Assembly: GCA_016717325.1 (NCBI GenBank) | Contig: JADKFV010000054.1 | Span: forward strand, 8,788-72,787 | Reading direction: 5' to 3' | From: Bacteroidota bacterium | GTDB lineage: Bacteria; Bacteroidota; Bacteroidia; AKYH767-A; OLB10 | DNA: 64,000 nt | Translations under genes and position numbers: made by a program | Notes under the pieces: model-generated | Database searches by the model: none | Told to the model about the DNA's origin: nothing | The model's input: only the letters and a program-made list of their open reading frames with translations | Shown here: positions 47,330-57,849 of the stretch, piece after piece | How positions within the stretch are numbered: position 1 is the first letter of the stretch | Layout: every line of letters starts with the position of its first letter

Positions 47330-48217
47330 TCAAAAATGATAATTCAATGCAATTTGCAAACCCACCGACCAGGGCTTATCTACAACATGATAGCTCACCG
47401 CAGTGCGCAACCCTGTATCGGGGTCAATATTATTATCGAATTTTTTTGAATACCAACGTGCCGGAAAATACCTAAAAGTAGCATCGGCCGTTAAAAATAA
47501 ATGCTGGCTAAAATATTTCATCAACCCAACTCCGGCATAAACTCCGGCATGGTGCAATGTAAATTTATTAACGTATACAGTGTTGGTTGTATCAGTGTTC
47601 AAGGCGGTAAATCTTCGCGAAGCATAATCATGAAATTTTAAATTGGTGGCATAAGCCGGACCAATAAAAACATAAAACAATGGCTTCTTTCTATTGTATT
47701 GCGAGTAGTCGGTATAGCATGTTCCCTTTTTACTTTTATCAAATGGGCGGTTTAACATGTAATGAAATGTAAGTGGAATTTCTAAAAACGGAAAATTACT
47801 TTTTGTTTTTACAAAAGGAACTATTGCATGACCGGGCAACGAATCGAATGCAGAAACAAAAGCGCGCGCACGAATTGCTTTGTTCGAATAATAAATTCCT
47901 AAGCGTGCAAACCAGCGCTTGCTTAAATCATATTGAAAGTGCAATCCGGCAGTGTACGAAAACCCTGCATATTCATTTGCTTTTAGCAAATTGCTCAATA
48001 GCACATTTTGGTCTTTATTGTCCGATGGGCCAAGGCCATCATAACTCTCTTTGCGTTCGGCTTTAAAAAACCGCCCCTCCCAATCGGGCGAACCCATTAT
48101 GCCTACCGACCATCTGCTTGGGCGGCCGGTGTTTACTTTATACAACCCATCTTGTGCCTGCGCCCCAGCAAATACTGCAAGCCAAAACAACATTATTAAA
48201 AACACGTGCTTCCACAT
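47330..48217 (-). CDS. Outer-membrane beta-barrel protein
   Basis: Signal peptide MWKHVFLIMLFWLAVFAGAQAQ, alternating beta strands, FLEIPL motif, C-terminal ..LNYHF (terminal Phe). Confidence 0.8.
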   Translation of the reverse strand: MWKHVFLIMLFWLAVFAGAQAQDGLYKVNTGRPSRWSVGIMGSPDWEGRFFKAERKESYDGLGPSDNKDQNVLLSNLLKANEYAGFSYTAGLHFQYDLSKRWFARLGIYYSNKAIRARAFVSAFDSLPGHAIVPFVKTKSNFPFLEIPLTFHYMLNRPFDKSKKGTCYTDYSQYNRKKPLFYVFIGPAYATNLKFHDYASRRFTALNTDTTNTVYVNKFTLHHAGVYAGVGLMKYFSQHLFLTADATFRYFPARWYSKKFDNNIDPDTGLRTAVSYHVVDKPWSVGLQIALNYHF

Positions 48218-48911
48218 TTTTTTACTACAAAATTTATTTTTTATTCCTGTTCTCATTTTTGAATTTCCGTTTGCAAAAAAGGCGAAACATTTCGCTACTA
48301 ATTTACTTTGCTTCAATTGTTATGAACGATTGTTACACGGGGAAATTGTGACTGCAAATATGCCTTTCATTAAATTTTTTAAATGCTTAAACCATCTATC
48401 AAGTTGGGGAATAAAATTGCATCCGAGAAAATATAACACAAAACATTTTGATTTTAGTTGTGAACAATTGTATTGTAGTCGTATAAAAATTTTATCTTTG
48501 GAATAATTAAAAATCATAAACATGAAATACTATGAAAACTTTTTTCAATTCAATTCCATTAATTATTTACATTCAGGTTGAACTCCTATTTGTACTATCA
48601 CTTTTCAGTGTGAGAATATTAGTTGCAAGCTTTTTTAGAAACATCCTTTGTGCTAAGTTTTTTTCCAATAATTTATATTTCACTTTTACAAAAACAACCA
48701 AATCATTTTCTACACTACGCGTAAAGCAAGAGATAACGACAATGCTGAGCCGTTGTGCATTACCTATTTTATACACAACAATTTAGTTTCGAGTTGACAG
48801 CTTCAAACTAAAACCATCTCAGCCAAATTTTATTTATCTTTAGTACCAACTTTGCAACATTGCATTGCGTATTTTTATAAAAATATTTTTACTTAAATAA
48901 ATTTCATTATC

Positions 48912-49862
48912 ATGAGTAAGTATTGGCTAATAACATTGTTGTTAACGTACACTGTATATGTGCATGGTCAAGTTAATTTGGTGCCTAATCCGAGTTTTGA
49001 GGATACTCTAAACTGTCCCAATTTACCTACACCGAATATTAGTTCGTGTCTATTTTGGGACACATATGGGGGAACTCCTGATTATTTCAATCCCTGCGCT
49101 AACTATGGGCCATTTTTCGGTGTTCCATATAATATTGGCGGGTATCAAATTGCATACAATGGTGAATCTTATTGCGGATTCCTTACTTGGAGTGTAGTTC
49201 CTGGAGTTATCCCTAATAGAGAATTTATCGGTGTAAAATTAATCGATTCATTGCAAATAGGGACAAAGTATTTTGTTTCTTGTTATATTTCCAATTCCGA
49301 TACAATTCCAAATAATTCCTCTACAAATAAGATTTGTTTTCGGTTTTCAAATATAGAATATACATATCTTGTGAATCCACCTGTTGATAATTTTGCGCAC
49401 ATCTGTGAGGATAGTATTGTATATGAGAAAAGTTCTTGGAAAAAAATTGGGAGTACTTTTATTGCCGATTCCAACTATAAATATTTGATTATTGGCAATT
49501 TCTATCAAGATAGCTTAACTAAAATAGATTCACTACCTCCTTATTCTCAAGCCCTTGCATACTACTATATTGATGCAGTTTGTGTTACAACCGATTCATC
49601 GTATGATGCCGTTTGGACTTCGATAACAAATAACACAGCAAGTGAAGAAATATTTTTTCCAAACCCGGCTAATGAATTTTTAAATTTTGAAAACAATTTA
49701 AACAATACTCATTTTGCAATTTATAATATTGTAGGTAAGCAAATCTTATGTAGTGAATTAGTAAAAGGCTTTAATCAAATAAATACAGGCTCAATTGCTG
49801 CGGGTTTTTATATTTTGATTACAGATAAAGCCAAAACTTTTCGATTTATCGTGCAGCATTAA
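48912..49862 (+). CDS. T9SS cargo with an N-terminal 'NLVPNPSFE' jelly-roll-like domain
   Basis: Signal peptide, NLVPNPSFED..CP, TPDYF, REFI, LIIGNF, YYYIDAV. CTD FPNPANE...AAGFYIL. Confidence 0.8.
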   Translation: MSKYWLITLLLTYTVYVHGQVNLVPNPSFEDTLNCPNLPTPNISSCLFWDTYGGTPDYFNPCANYGPFFGVPYNIGGYQIAYNGESYCGFLTWSVVPGVIPNREFIGVKLIDSLQIGTKYFVSCYISNSDTIPNNSSTNKICFRFSNIEYTYLVNPPVDNFAHICEDSIVYEKSSWKKIGSTFIADSNYKYLIIGNFYQDSLTKIDSLPPYSQALAYYYIDAVCVTTDSSYDAVWTSITNNTASEEIFFPNPANEFLNFENNLNNTHFAIYNIVGKQILCSELVKGFNQINTGSIAAGFYILITDKAKTFRFIVQH

Positions 49863-49882
49863 CTTTAATAAATTTAATAAAA

Positions 49883-52786
49883 ATGAAAAGATATTTAGTT
49901 TTACAATTGCTAATTGCAATTAATTTAATGTGTGTTTATGATACTTCAAAAGCACAATCTGATATATCGGGGGTGGTTACTGGACATATTGGTGCTGGAA
50001 ATACTACGTATTATGTTGGCTGGGATGCTGCTACCACTTTTGATTTAAATATTAAACATTTGGCAGCCAATAGAAATATAAATTTTTATACAGTGAATAA
50101 CCCGCGCATGCGTATACTACCAGGCGGCCTCACCGGCAATGGTGCTACTACCGATGGTTTTATTGGGATTGGTGATTTCAATTTTTTTGCTCCAAGTAAT
50201 TTACTCCATCAGCATTTAAATTATAATCGGAGTAATTATCATCAGTTTACAAATTCATTTACAGGTAATTTAGCATCCGATGGTTTGCTGATGGGATTAA
50301 CTTTTAACCCAGTCAATTTACCACAGCAACCTGTGATAAGTTCATCAGCGGACATAGTAATGCAAGAATCGGGACCCATACGATTTTGGACTGGCAATCT
50401 TACAAACAATACTGTACCCGAAAGATTGATAGTAACTACCGGCCATTTTCGTAATCAAATAAATAATGCTATCGGCTTTAATGTTGCTCGCGTTGGCATT
50501 CATTATGGTGGTAGTATGGGGGCTTTGTATGAGCCTTTAAGTTCCTTACACATAAGCAGTGTGTCAATTTACAATGCTATTGGTGGTACAGGCTATCGCA
50601 ATTGGATGAACTTAGGCACTTTGGTAAATAATGGATGCCACATGTTTACAGGCATGAAAATGGAAGGATTAAACCGTGCTGATGCAATTGTAAATTGGGG
50701 CGATGATTTAACAGGAAATGGCAGCCCCGATTTTATGCGTTTTGTTTTTACCGAATTCGTCAATGATTCAACACTCCACTTCGCAAATCCTACAAGTAAC
50801 TCTACCAGTTTTAATGGTGAAGAGGTAATGCGCTACGCAGGCAATGGCAATGTTGGTGTGGGCAATTATTATTTTTATGGTATAAATACTTTTCCAAATA
50901 ACCGTTTCGAAATATTAGATGCAAACCCAAATTCATTAACAAATGCAAATTCAGATATTCCGCAACTACGTCTTACTTATACATATGATGCTAATCCAGC
51001 ATTGGGTGTACATACGGATTTTCAAAATACCTCAACAGGTGATTTGCAAATAAATACTACCAATGGAACTTATCAACGGGTTGGAATTAATAATGCAACA
51101 AATACCCTTACGCAAACATTAGATGTAAATGGAAATTTGCGTTTGCGCACATTGCCCACTGCTACTTTCGATGCCACTAATAATGCAGCTATTAACAAAG
51201 TATTAGTTACTAACAATTTTGGAGAGATTTATTGGCGCACTGACATTGGAGTTGGGGGAGGAGGCAATTTAAATATGTGCCCCCTCACTGCGCCTGATTT
51301 AAATTATGTTGTAAAAATTACAGGTACCAATTCACCATATCAAATTTGTAAAACTGCAATTTATGAAAACGCTGCATTAAATGTAGGAATTGGTACCACA
51401 GCCATAAGTGCAAAATTGCATGTGAAGCATTCGAGTGCATCAAGCTTTAATGGTTTTATATCGGAAATAGATGGCCTTTCTACAGGTACAGAAATGTATG
51501 CAGGAAATTTTGTTGCACAAAATGGAACAGGTCGCACAATAGGCGTAAAAACGAATGCGTTTGGTAATGCCAGCAATACAGGCAACTATGGTATACTTTC
51601 GGAGGCAACAGGATATGTAGGAAAGAACGCATTAGGTGGCCACTTTTATGTTGTTTCTAATGGGGTAGCAGCTCAATTATGGGGTGTTTCGGCCAATGTA
51701 AATGGCAAAGCTGATGTTATGCAAGGCGTTAGTTCTGGTGTTGCAGGTACAGCCACCTATCAAAGTTTTGCTGGCCGTTTTGAAAATACAGCTACAGTTA
51801 CCGATGCAATCATTGGAAAGACATTTGGTGGCTCATTTGTTGTTACCGGGCAATCGGCTTTTGCGTATGGCGTTTATGCCCTTGCCAATGGAAGTGCTAC
51901 CAGGGAACAATGTGGAGGCTATTTTGAAGCAGCTGGTAATGCATTATCAACACCTGTTCGATTCGGTGTAAAAACACAAATTATCGGCACCCCATCCAAT
52001 GACCAATATGCCTTATGGGCCAAATCTGCTTCATCAAACTGCAACACAACATGTACTCAAGCAGCGGGTTATTTTACTGGAGATGTTTTTACCACAAGCT
52101 CAATGTACTTTACTTCAGATAGTATTCTCAAAAAAAACATTACCCCGATCTCCGCAGCTTTAAATATTTTGCAACAATTAAAACCTAAATCCTATGAATA
52201 TGAGAATGCTAAATACCCGCAAATGAATTTACCTGTTGGTTTACATTCTGGTCTTGTTGCGCAAGATATTGAAAAAGTATTGCCGGGTTTGGTCATGCAT
52301 GTCAACCACCCAGCGGAATATGATTCCACAGGAAAAGTCATAAATCAGATGGTAAGTTATAAAGGAATAAATTATATCGAACTTATCCCATGGCTTATAT
52401 CTGGCATCCAAGAACAACAAACCCAAATCACCAATCTTCAAAATCAAATAAACTTATGCTGTCCAAATAATTCAAAAGGAACAAACAGCAGCCACACCAT
52501 CACCACAAAACTATCAGACATAGAAACCATCATCCTCGACCAAAACGAGCCAAACCCATTTGCCGAGGAAACCAACATCAGTTATTTTATTCCAGAAAGT
52601 GCCGGCAAAGCGGAGATTATGTTTTACACAAACGATGGCCGCCTGATAAATAAAGTAGAAATAAAAGAAAAAGGGCAAGGCACTTTGCACATCTATGCTT
52701 CAGACTTAAGTAGTGGCATTTATACGTATACACTTATGGTTAATGGCAAAGTGGTGGAGACTAAAAGAATGATGAAATCTAAATAA
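49883..52786 (+). CDS. Tail-fibre-like protein with peptidase S74 intramolecular chaperone, coiled coil and T9SS CTD
   Basis: Signal peptide, GNVGIG fibre motifs, G.YG/F/A beta-helix-like repeats, TSDSILKKNI..., GLVAQDIE...P.LV, INYIELIP.LI.GIQEQQ..I..L. CTD LDQNEPNPF...SSGIYTYTL. Confidence 0.88.
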   Translation: MKRYLVLQLLIAINLMCVYDTSKAQSDISGVVTGHIGAGNTTYYVGWDAATTFDLNIKHLAANRNINFYTVNNPRMRILPGGLTGNGATTDGFIGIGDFNFFAPSNLLHQHLNYNRSNYHQFTNSFTGNLASDGLLMGLTFNPVNLPQQPVISSSADIVMQESGPIRFWTGNLTNNTVPERLIVTTGHFRNQINNAIGFNVARVGIHYGGSMGALYEPLSSLHISSVSIYNAIGGTGYRNWMNLGTLVNNGCHMFTGMKMEGLNRADAIVNWGDDLTGNGSPDFMRFVFTEFVNDSTLHFANPTSNSTSFNGEEVMRYAGNGNVGVGNYYFYGINTFPNNRFEILDANPNSLTNANSDIPQLRLTYTYDANPALGVHTDFQNTSTGDLQINTTNGTYQRVGINNATNTLTQTLDVNGNLRLRTLPTATFDATNNAAINKVLVTNNFGEIYWRTDIGVGGGGNLNMCPLTAPDLNYVVKITGTNSPYQICKTAIYENAALNVGIGTTAISAKLHVKHSSASSFNGFISEIDGLSTGTEMYAGNFVAQNGTGRTIGVKTNAFGNASNTGNYGILSEATGYVGKNALGGHFYVVSNGVAAQLWGVSANVNGKADVMQGVSSGVAGTATYQSFAGRFENTATVTDAIIGKTFGGSFVVTGQSAFAYGVYALANGSATREQCGGYFEAAGNALSTPVRFGVKTQIIGTPSNDQYALWAKSASSNCNTTCTQAAGYFTGDVFTTSSMYFTSDSILKKNITPISAALNILQQLKPKSYEYENAKYPQMNLPVGLHSGLVAQDIEKVLPGLVMHVNHPAEYDSTGKVINQMVSYKGINYIELIPWLISGIQEQQTQITNLQNQINLCCPNNSKGTNSSHTITTKLSDIETIILDQNEPNPFAEETNISYFIPESAGKAEIMFYTNDGRLINKVEIKEKGQGTLHIYASDLSSGIYTYTLMVNGKVVETKRMMKSK

Positions 52787-52974
52787 GTTCTTAGTTGCGT
52801 TTTCGATGCGCCATGTTCTTAGTTCTTAGTTACATTTGCGGAGAGGATTGTTCTTAGTTTTTATGGTGAGCGAAGTAGAAGCAACGTTTGCAGTGATTTA
52901 GTTTTCACAACAAATTTTTATAAAGTAGAAATAAGTTTCTTCCTGAATGACTTTAGCCCCACAAGTCATTCAGG
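52787..52974. repeat. Intergenic short repeats and a 12-bp hairpin between convergent genes
   Basis: GTTCTTAGTT occurs 4 times (52787-52859). Perfect stem CCTGAATGACTT/AAGTCATTCAGG at 52942-52974. Confidence 0.65.
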
Positions 52975-53124
52975 TGGAAACCTCTTGTTATTGAGGTGAT
53001 TTTGTTATTTGACCCTTTTTTTTAAATATGCATACTAATCGTTATTGAGGATTCGAATCACAAAACAATTTGAATACATGGCAATCTATAAATACAATAG
53101 TTTTTCGAGTACCAAAATCATTTT

Positions 53125-54030
53125 CTAAAAAAGATTTTCGTTTGCACCAAACTTATAAATATTAAAACCTTCCTCATCGATATGCGATGCAAGTTGCTTA
53201 GTAAGATTCTCGATAGAAATATTTTTCATGCGTTGCTGTTGAATAATGTGAAATAATCTGCGAGCGGCAAGGTGTAGCTTTTTTTCTTTGCTCGATTGTG
53301 TTGCAAGTGATTTAATATTATCAAGTAATTCTATTACACCTTCGTTTTTCGATGCAATGGTTTTTTGTACAGGAATGATTTTATCTTTTCCATTTTCGTG
53401 CAACATGGTTACAATGTTTTTGTACATAATATCGGCCCCATCGCGGTCGCTTTTATTTATTACAAACATATCGGCAATTTCTACAATTCCCGATTTTAGG
53501 AGTTGCACATCATCGCCACCTTCGGGCACCATTACAAGAATAGTAACATCGGCAAGCGAGGCAATTTCAACTTCCGATTGCCCCACACCTACCGTTTCAA
53601 TAATAATATAGTCGAACTGTGCAGCACGCAACACATCGGCTACTTCAAACGTTTTTGCCGAGAGGCCACCAAGGTTACCACGTGTTGCCAATGAGCGGAT
53701 ATAAACATTTTTGTTATCGTAATGTTGATTCATGCGTACACGGTCGCCAAGCAATGCCCCAGTATTGAAAGGCGATGTAGGGTCAACGGCAATCACGGCC
53801 ACACGGCTATCGATGGCAAGCGATGTAAGCATAGCGTTGATAAGCGTGCTTTTACCGGCACCGGGCGAACCTGTAATACCAATAGTTTTTACCCTATTCG
53901 AAAATTTTAGTTGTTGTAATATTTGCTCGTAACCCTCGGCATTATTTTCTACCCACGAAATAATACGTGCCAATGCACGGTTGTCTCCCGCCAGCATTTG
54001 TGTTATCCATATATTAAAATCGTTATTCAC
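53125..54030 (-). CDS. meaB: Methylmalonyl-CoA mutase-associated GTPase MeaB/ArgK
   Basis: GITGSPGAGKST, VDPTSPF..GALLGDRVRM, IRSLATRG.LGG, ETVGVGQSE, NKSD. GTG 54030 preferred over TTG 54063. Confidence 0.93.
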   Translation of the reverse strand: MNNDFNIWITQMLAGDNRALARIISWVENNAEGYEQILQQLKFSNRVKTIGITGSPGAGKSTLINAMLTSLAIDSRVAVIAVDPTSPFNTGALLGDRVRMNQHYDNKNVYIRSLATRGNLGGLSAKTFEVADVLRAAQFDYIIIETVGVGQSEVEIASLADVTILVMVPEGGDDVQLLKSGIVEIADMFVINKSDRDGADIMYKNIVTMLHENGKDKIIPVQKTIASKNEGVIELLDNIKSLATQSSKEKKLHLAARRLFHIIQQQRMKNISIENLTKQLASHIDEEGFNIYKFGANENLF

Positions 54031-54173
54031 CCGCCAATTTGTTTTGAACACTGTAAATTGCAAAACTTGTAAATAGACACCATCATTGCAAGCGGTATTA
54101 ATTAAATATTTTGCAAGTATTGCACAATGATTGTTACTGGTTATTCATTACTCGCTAATTTTGTAAATGATAC

Positions 54174-54246
54174 CAACGAATTACGAATTAAATACGCATA
54201 CACGAATTTCGCAATTCGTACATTCGAACCAATTCGTAATTCGTTG
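54174..54246. repeat. 73-bp nested inverted repeat built from ACGAATT heptamers
   Basis: Perfect 16-bp inverted repeat CAACGAATTACGAATT/AATTCGTAATTCGTTG. Inner ACGAATT-TCGC-AATTCGT. Confidence 0.8.
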
Positions 54247-54294
54247 ATGCCAAAAATAAAGGCCACATTTCAATCATAATATCGAAAATAAAAA

Positions 54295-56105
54295 ATGCCG
54301 GCACCAAACGAATACATACATCAATTATTAAAATCGTTACCCGATAGTCCGGGCGTGTATCAGTATTTCAATACCGATAAAGCTTTGATATACGTAGGCA
54401 AGGCCAAGAGTTTAAAAAAACGTGTGAGTAGTTATTTTAATAAGGAGGTACACGAAAATGCAAAAACCGCAGTAATGGTGCGGCACATTGTAGACATAAA
54501 ATATATACTTACCGAAACAGAATTTGATGCGCTGTTGCTCGAAAATAATTTAATAAAAAAGCATCAGCCGCGATACAATGTTTTACTTAAAGATGATAAA
54601 ACCTATCCGTGGATAGTGCTGCGCAAAGAAAATTTCCCTCGAGTGTATTACACCCGCAACAAGGTGATAGATGGCAGTACCTACTTTGGGCCCTATGCTT
54701 CGGTAAAAATGATAAACACTTTGCTCGATTTAATACATCAACTTTATAAATTACGTACATGCACTTTGAATCTAAGTTTAGAAAATATTGCCAAACAAAA
54801 ATTTAAAGTATGTCTCGAATATCAAATTGGAAATTGCAAAGGCCCATGCGAAGCACATCAAAGCGAAACGGAGTACAATGAAAATATTGAGCAAATAAAA
54901 CATATACTGAAAGGAAACATTCAAACGGTAATACAACATTTGACCGGAATGATGAATGCATTTGCACATGAATATAAATACGAAGAAGCCAATATTGTAA
55001 AAAATAAAATCGAGCTGCTCGAAGGGTTCAAAAGCAAATCGGTGGTAGTAAGCCCTTCCATACATAATGTGGATGTGATAACCATTGTATCGGAGCAATC
55101 ATCGGCATTTGCCAACTATATGAAAATTATTAATGGCAGTATTATACAATCGCAAACTTTAGAAATAAAAAGAAGCTTGACGAAACCAACGAAGAGTTGA
55201 TAGCACTTGCCATTACCGAAATGCGTACACGGCATCAAAGCAATGCCAAAGAAATACTGGTAAATGTAATGCCCGATGTGGAAGTGGAAAGTGTAACTAT
55301 TACAGCACCAAAAATTGGCGATAAGCGACACCTTGTTTTGCTGAGTGAAAAAAATGCGCGATACTTTATGCGTGATAAACTGGAGCAATACGATAAGCTA
55401 AACCCCGACCATAAAGTAGAAAGGCTGCTCACAAAAATGAAAGACGATTTGCGGCTGCCAGTGTTGCCACATCATATCGAGTGTTTCGATAATTCGAATT
55501 TTCAAGGTACCAATGCTGTGGGTGCAATGAGTGTATTTAAAGATGGCCGTGCATCGAAAAAAGATTACCGCCATTTTAATATCGAAACGGTTGAAGGGCC
55601 CGATGATTTTGCTTCGATGCGCGAAGTTATTTTTCGCAGATACTCGCGCCTGCTCGAAGAGCAACAACCTCTCCCTCAGCTTATAATTATTGATGGTGGC
55701 AAAGGGCAATTGAGTGCAGCACTTAGTAGTTTAGAAAAATTAAATCTCCGTGGTAAAATTGGTATTATTGGCATCGCAAAAAAACTGGAAGAGATTTTTT
55801 ATCCCGATGATCCGTTGCCATTATACTTAGATAAAAAAAGTGATACTTTGCGCATCATTCAGCAATTGCGCGATGAAGTGCATAGGTTTGGAATTACACA
55901 TCACCGCAACAAACGCAGCAAGGCATTTATAAAAAGTGAACTGGAAAATATTAAAGGTATAGGAAAAAATACTGCTGCAGCATTGATACAAGAATACAAA
56001 TCGGTAAAGAAAATTAAAGAAGCTACGCTCGAACAACTTACCGCATCGTTGGGCCCGGCAAAAGCAAAAATACTGGCAAACTATTTTAATCAAACACAAA
56101 AATAA
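54295..56105 (+). CDS. uvrC: Excinuclease ABC subunit C; one A missing at 55167-55171
   Basis: GIY-YIG domain (PGVYQY, YVGKAKSLKKRV, PRYN..LKDDK.YP), ECFDNS, DGGKGQL, RDEVHRF, HhH tail. One added A gives IKKKLDETNEELIA across the break. Confidence 0.95.
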
Positions 56106-56117
56106 TTTATATACAAA

Positions 56118-57479
56118 ATGTTGAACAAACTAAAATTTCGCAAGGCGGAGAAAAAAACCAAAGCGCTTCTCACTGTAATATTATTGTTCGTTGGGATGCA
56201 AATTTCCCAGGCGCAGTACACCGATTCCACAAAAACATATGTTGCACAAAAATTTCTCGGCAACCTCAGCAGTGGCGATTTTGGTGGTGCCGTGCGCTCA
56301 TTCAGTTGGGACCTTGCCGGCACGCTCAATCAGTATTGGTTAAAGGTAATATGGGAAAGTGTGCAAAAACAAAACGGAAAATATATGGGATGTTACAATA
56401 CGTATACAGACAGGGTTACAGATGAGGTTTTGATTTATCAGGAATGCCGCTTCGAACAAATTGATAAGCAACTGAAACTTGTTTTTGATAAAGAGAACAA
56501 AATAAAATCGATACACTTTGTGCCGGCACGGCCAACGGTGATGTACGAAATACCAACCTATGTCGACTTATCGTTTATGGTTGAAACCGATGTTACCATT
56601 CGCAGTGGAAAATATAATTTGCAGGCAACATTTAGTTATCCTATGAATGGCACGCACTTTCCTACAATTGTAATGGTGGCAGGCGAAGGCCCGTGCGATA
56701 TGGATGTAAGCAAGGGGCCAAACAAATTTTTCAAAGACCTTGCATGTGGCTTTGCCATGAATGGTATTGCCTCGTTGCGTTTCAATAAACGCACGTATCA
56801 ATATCCCGAAGTGAACGATGCACCCCTCACAGGTTTTACTCCAAACGAAGAAATTATAGAAGATGCTATTGCTGCCGTACGTTCAGCAAAATCTATTTTG
56901 GCAGTAGATACCACACGTGTTTTTTTATTGGGACATGGGTTGGGCGCACATCTACTTCCGCTTATTGCACAGACTACAAAACCCAAAGGCATGATGCTGA
57001 TAGGTGCGCCCGGCCTGCCTTACGAAGACGTGGTATATAACACACAAACCTATATCAACAACATTGCCGGCACATCTAATCTCGAAATACAAGACCTTGT
57101 ATCTTTGAAAGAACGTGTTGACAGCGTAAAGTTACTTAACGATAGTTCGGACTTTGCACCATACGAATTGCCACTCGAAATGCCTGTGAGCTATTGGATG
57201 TTTCTTAAAAATTACAATGCCGTGAAAACTGCTGCAGCACTATACCTGCCAATGTTTTTTATTTATGGCGGGCGCGATTTTCAAACTACAACTGCCGATA
57301 TGGAAGTGTGGAAAAAAGCCATGGCAAATAAAAATAACGTGCAATTTAAATTTTACGAAAACCTCAATTACTATCTCCACTTTGGCGATAAGCCAAGCAC
57401 ACCCGATGAGTACATACAGAAAAAGCAAGCCAGCAAAGTTGCCATTGATGAGATGAGTAAGTTTGTGATGGGGAAGTAG
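56118..57479 (+). CDS. Secreted DUF3887-type alpha/beta-hydrolase-fold protein with non-canonical catalytic residues
   Basis: Signal peptide, DUF3887-like N-domain, GIASLRFNKRT, elbow LLGHGLG (Gly at the Ser position), GGRDFQ, LNYYL where LNH is usual. Confidence 0.75.
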   Translation: MLNKLKFRKAEKKTKALLTVILLFVGMQISQAQYTDSTKTYVAQKFLGNLSSGDFGGAVRSFSWDLAGTLNQYWLKVIWESVQKQNGKYMGCYNTYTDRVTDEVLIYQECRFEQIDKQLKLVFDKENKIKSIHFVPARPTVMYEIPTYVDLSFMVETDVTIRSGKYNLQATFSYPMNGTHFPTIVMVAGEGPCDMDVSKGPNKFFKDLACGFAMNGIASLRFNKRTYQYPEVNDAPLTGFTPNEEIIEDAIAAVRSAKSILAVDTTRVFLLGHGLGAHLLPLIAQTTKPKGMMLIGAPGLPYEDVVYNTQTYINNIAGTSNLEIQDLVSLKERVDSVKLLNDSSDFAPYELPLEMPVSYWMFLKNYNAVKTAAALYLPMFFIYGGRDFQTTTADMEVWKKAMANKNNVQFKFYENLNYYLHFGDKPSTPDEYIQKKQASKVAIDEMSKFVMGK

Positions 57480-57743
57480 TTTTCTGTCTTTTATTATCAT
57501 CTGAATTTACACTATCAGGAGATTGATGTATTGTTTGCAAAAAAATACGTGACTAATTCTTGCTTCTCCACTTTAAAGATTTTCCACTGCAACACGCGCA
57601 GTGTTTTTAAAAACATGCTCGTAATTTATCCCAATACAATTTTTTATTCCTATCGAACACAAGTATCCATAATAAACCTTGCACATTCCAATTTCATTGC
57701 TAATCTTTGGCAATAATGTTATTATGTTTTATATTAAATACGC

Positions 57744-57849
57744 TTTACCCAAAACATAAATGCTGCAAATTGGCCCGCAGGCCTTTATTTAATTAAATTA
57801 AAAACAGAAAAAGAAAAAATAGCATGCAAGGTTGCAAAATATTAGTGGG
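57744..57849 (+). pseudogene. Orphan 3' end of a T9SS-cargo paralogue of the 60813-62304 gene
   Basis: 106 bp aligned without gaps to 62203-62308 with 9 mismatches. Encodes FTQNINAANWPAGLYLIKLKTEKEKIACKVAKY* with no upstream ORF. Confidence 0.8.

Noticed and set aside
48320-48786. Short ORFs in the gap between the beta-barrel gene and the 48912 gene
   Set aside because: They overlap on both strands, have no recognisable motif and lie in an AT-rich divergent promoter region. A decayed gene cannot be excluded.
49883-52786. Prophage, suggested by the tail-fibre/S74 domain
   Set aside because: The protein has a Sec signal and a T9SS CTD. No integrase, capsid, terminase or lysis genes are nearby.
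52942-53000. Cobalamin riboswitch near meaB
   Set aside because: The hairpins lie downstream of meaB between convergent genes, and I did not see the B12-box consensus.
55167-55200. Split uvrC as two genes or a pseudogene
   Set aside because: A single missing A in an A run rejoins a full-length UvrC.
57500-57740. Possible transposase or other gene fragment on the minus strand
   Set aside because: Only ~50 open codons with no identifiable motif or start. Needs BLASTX.
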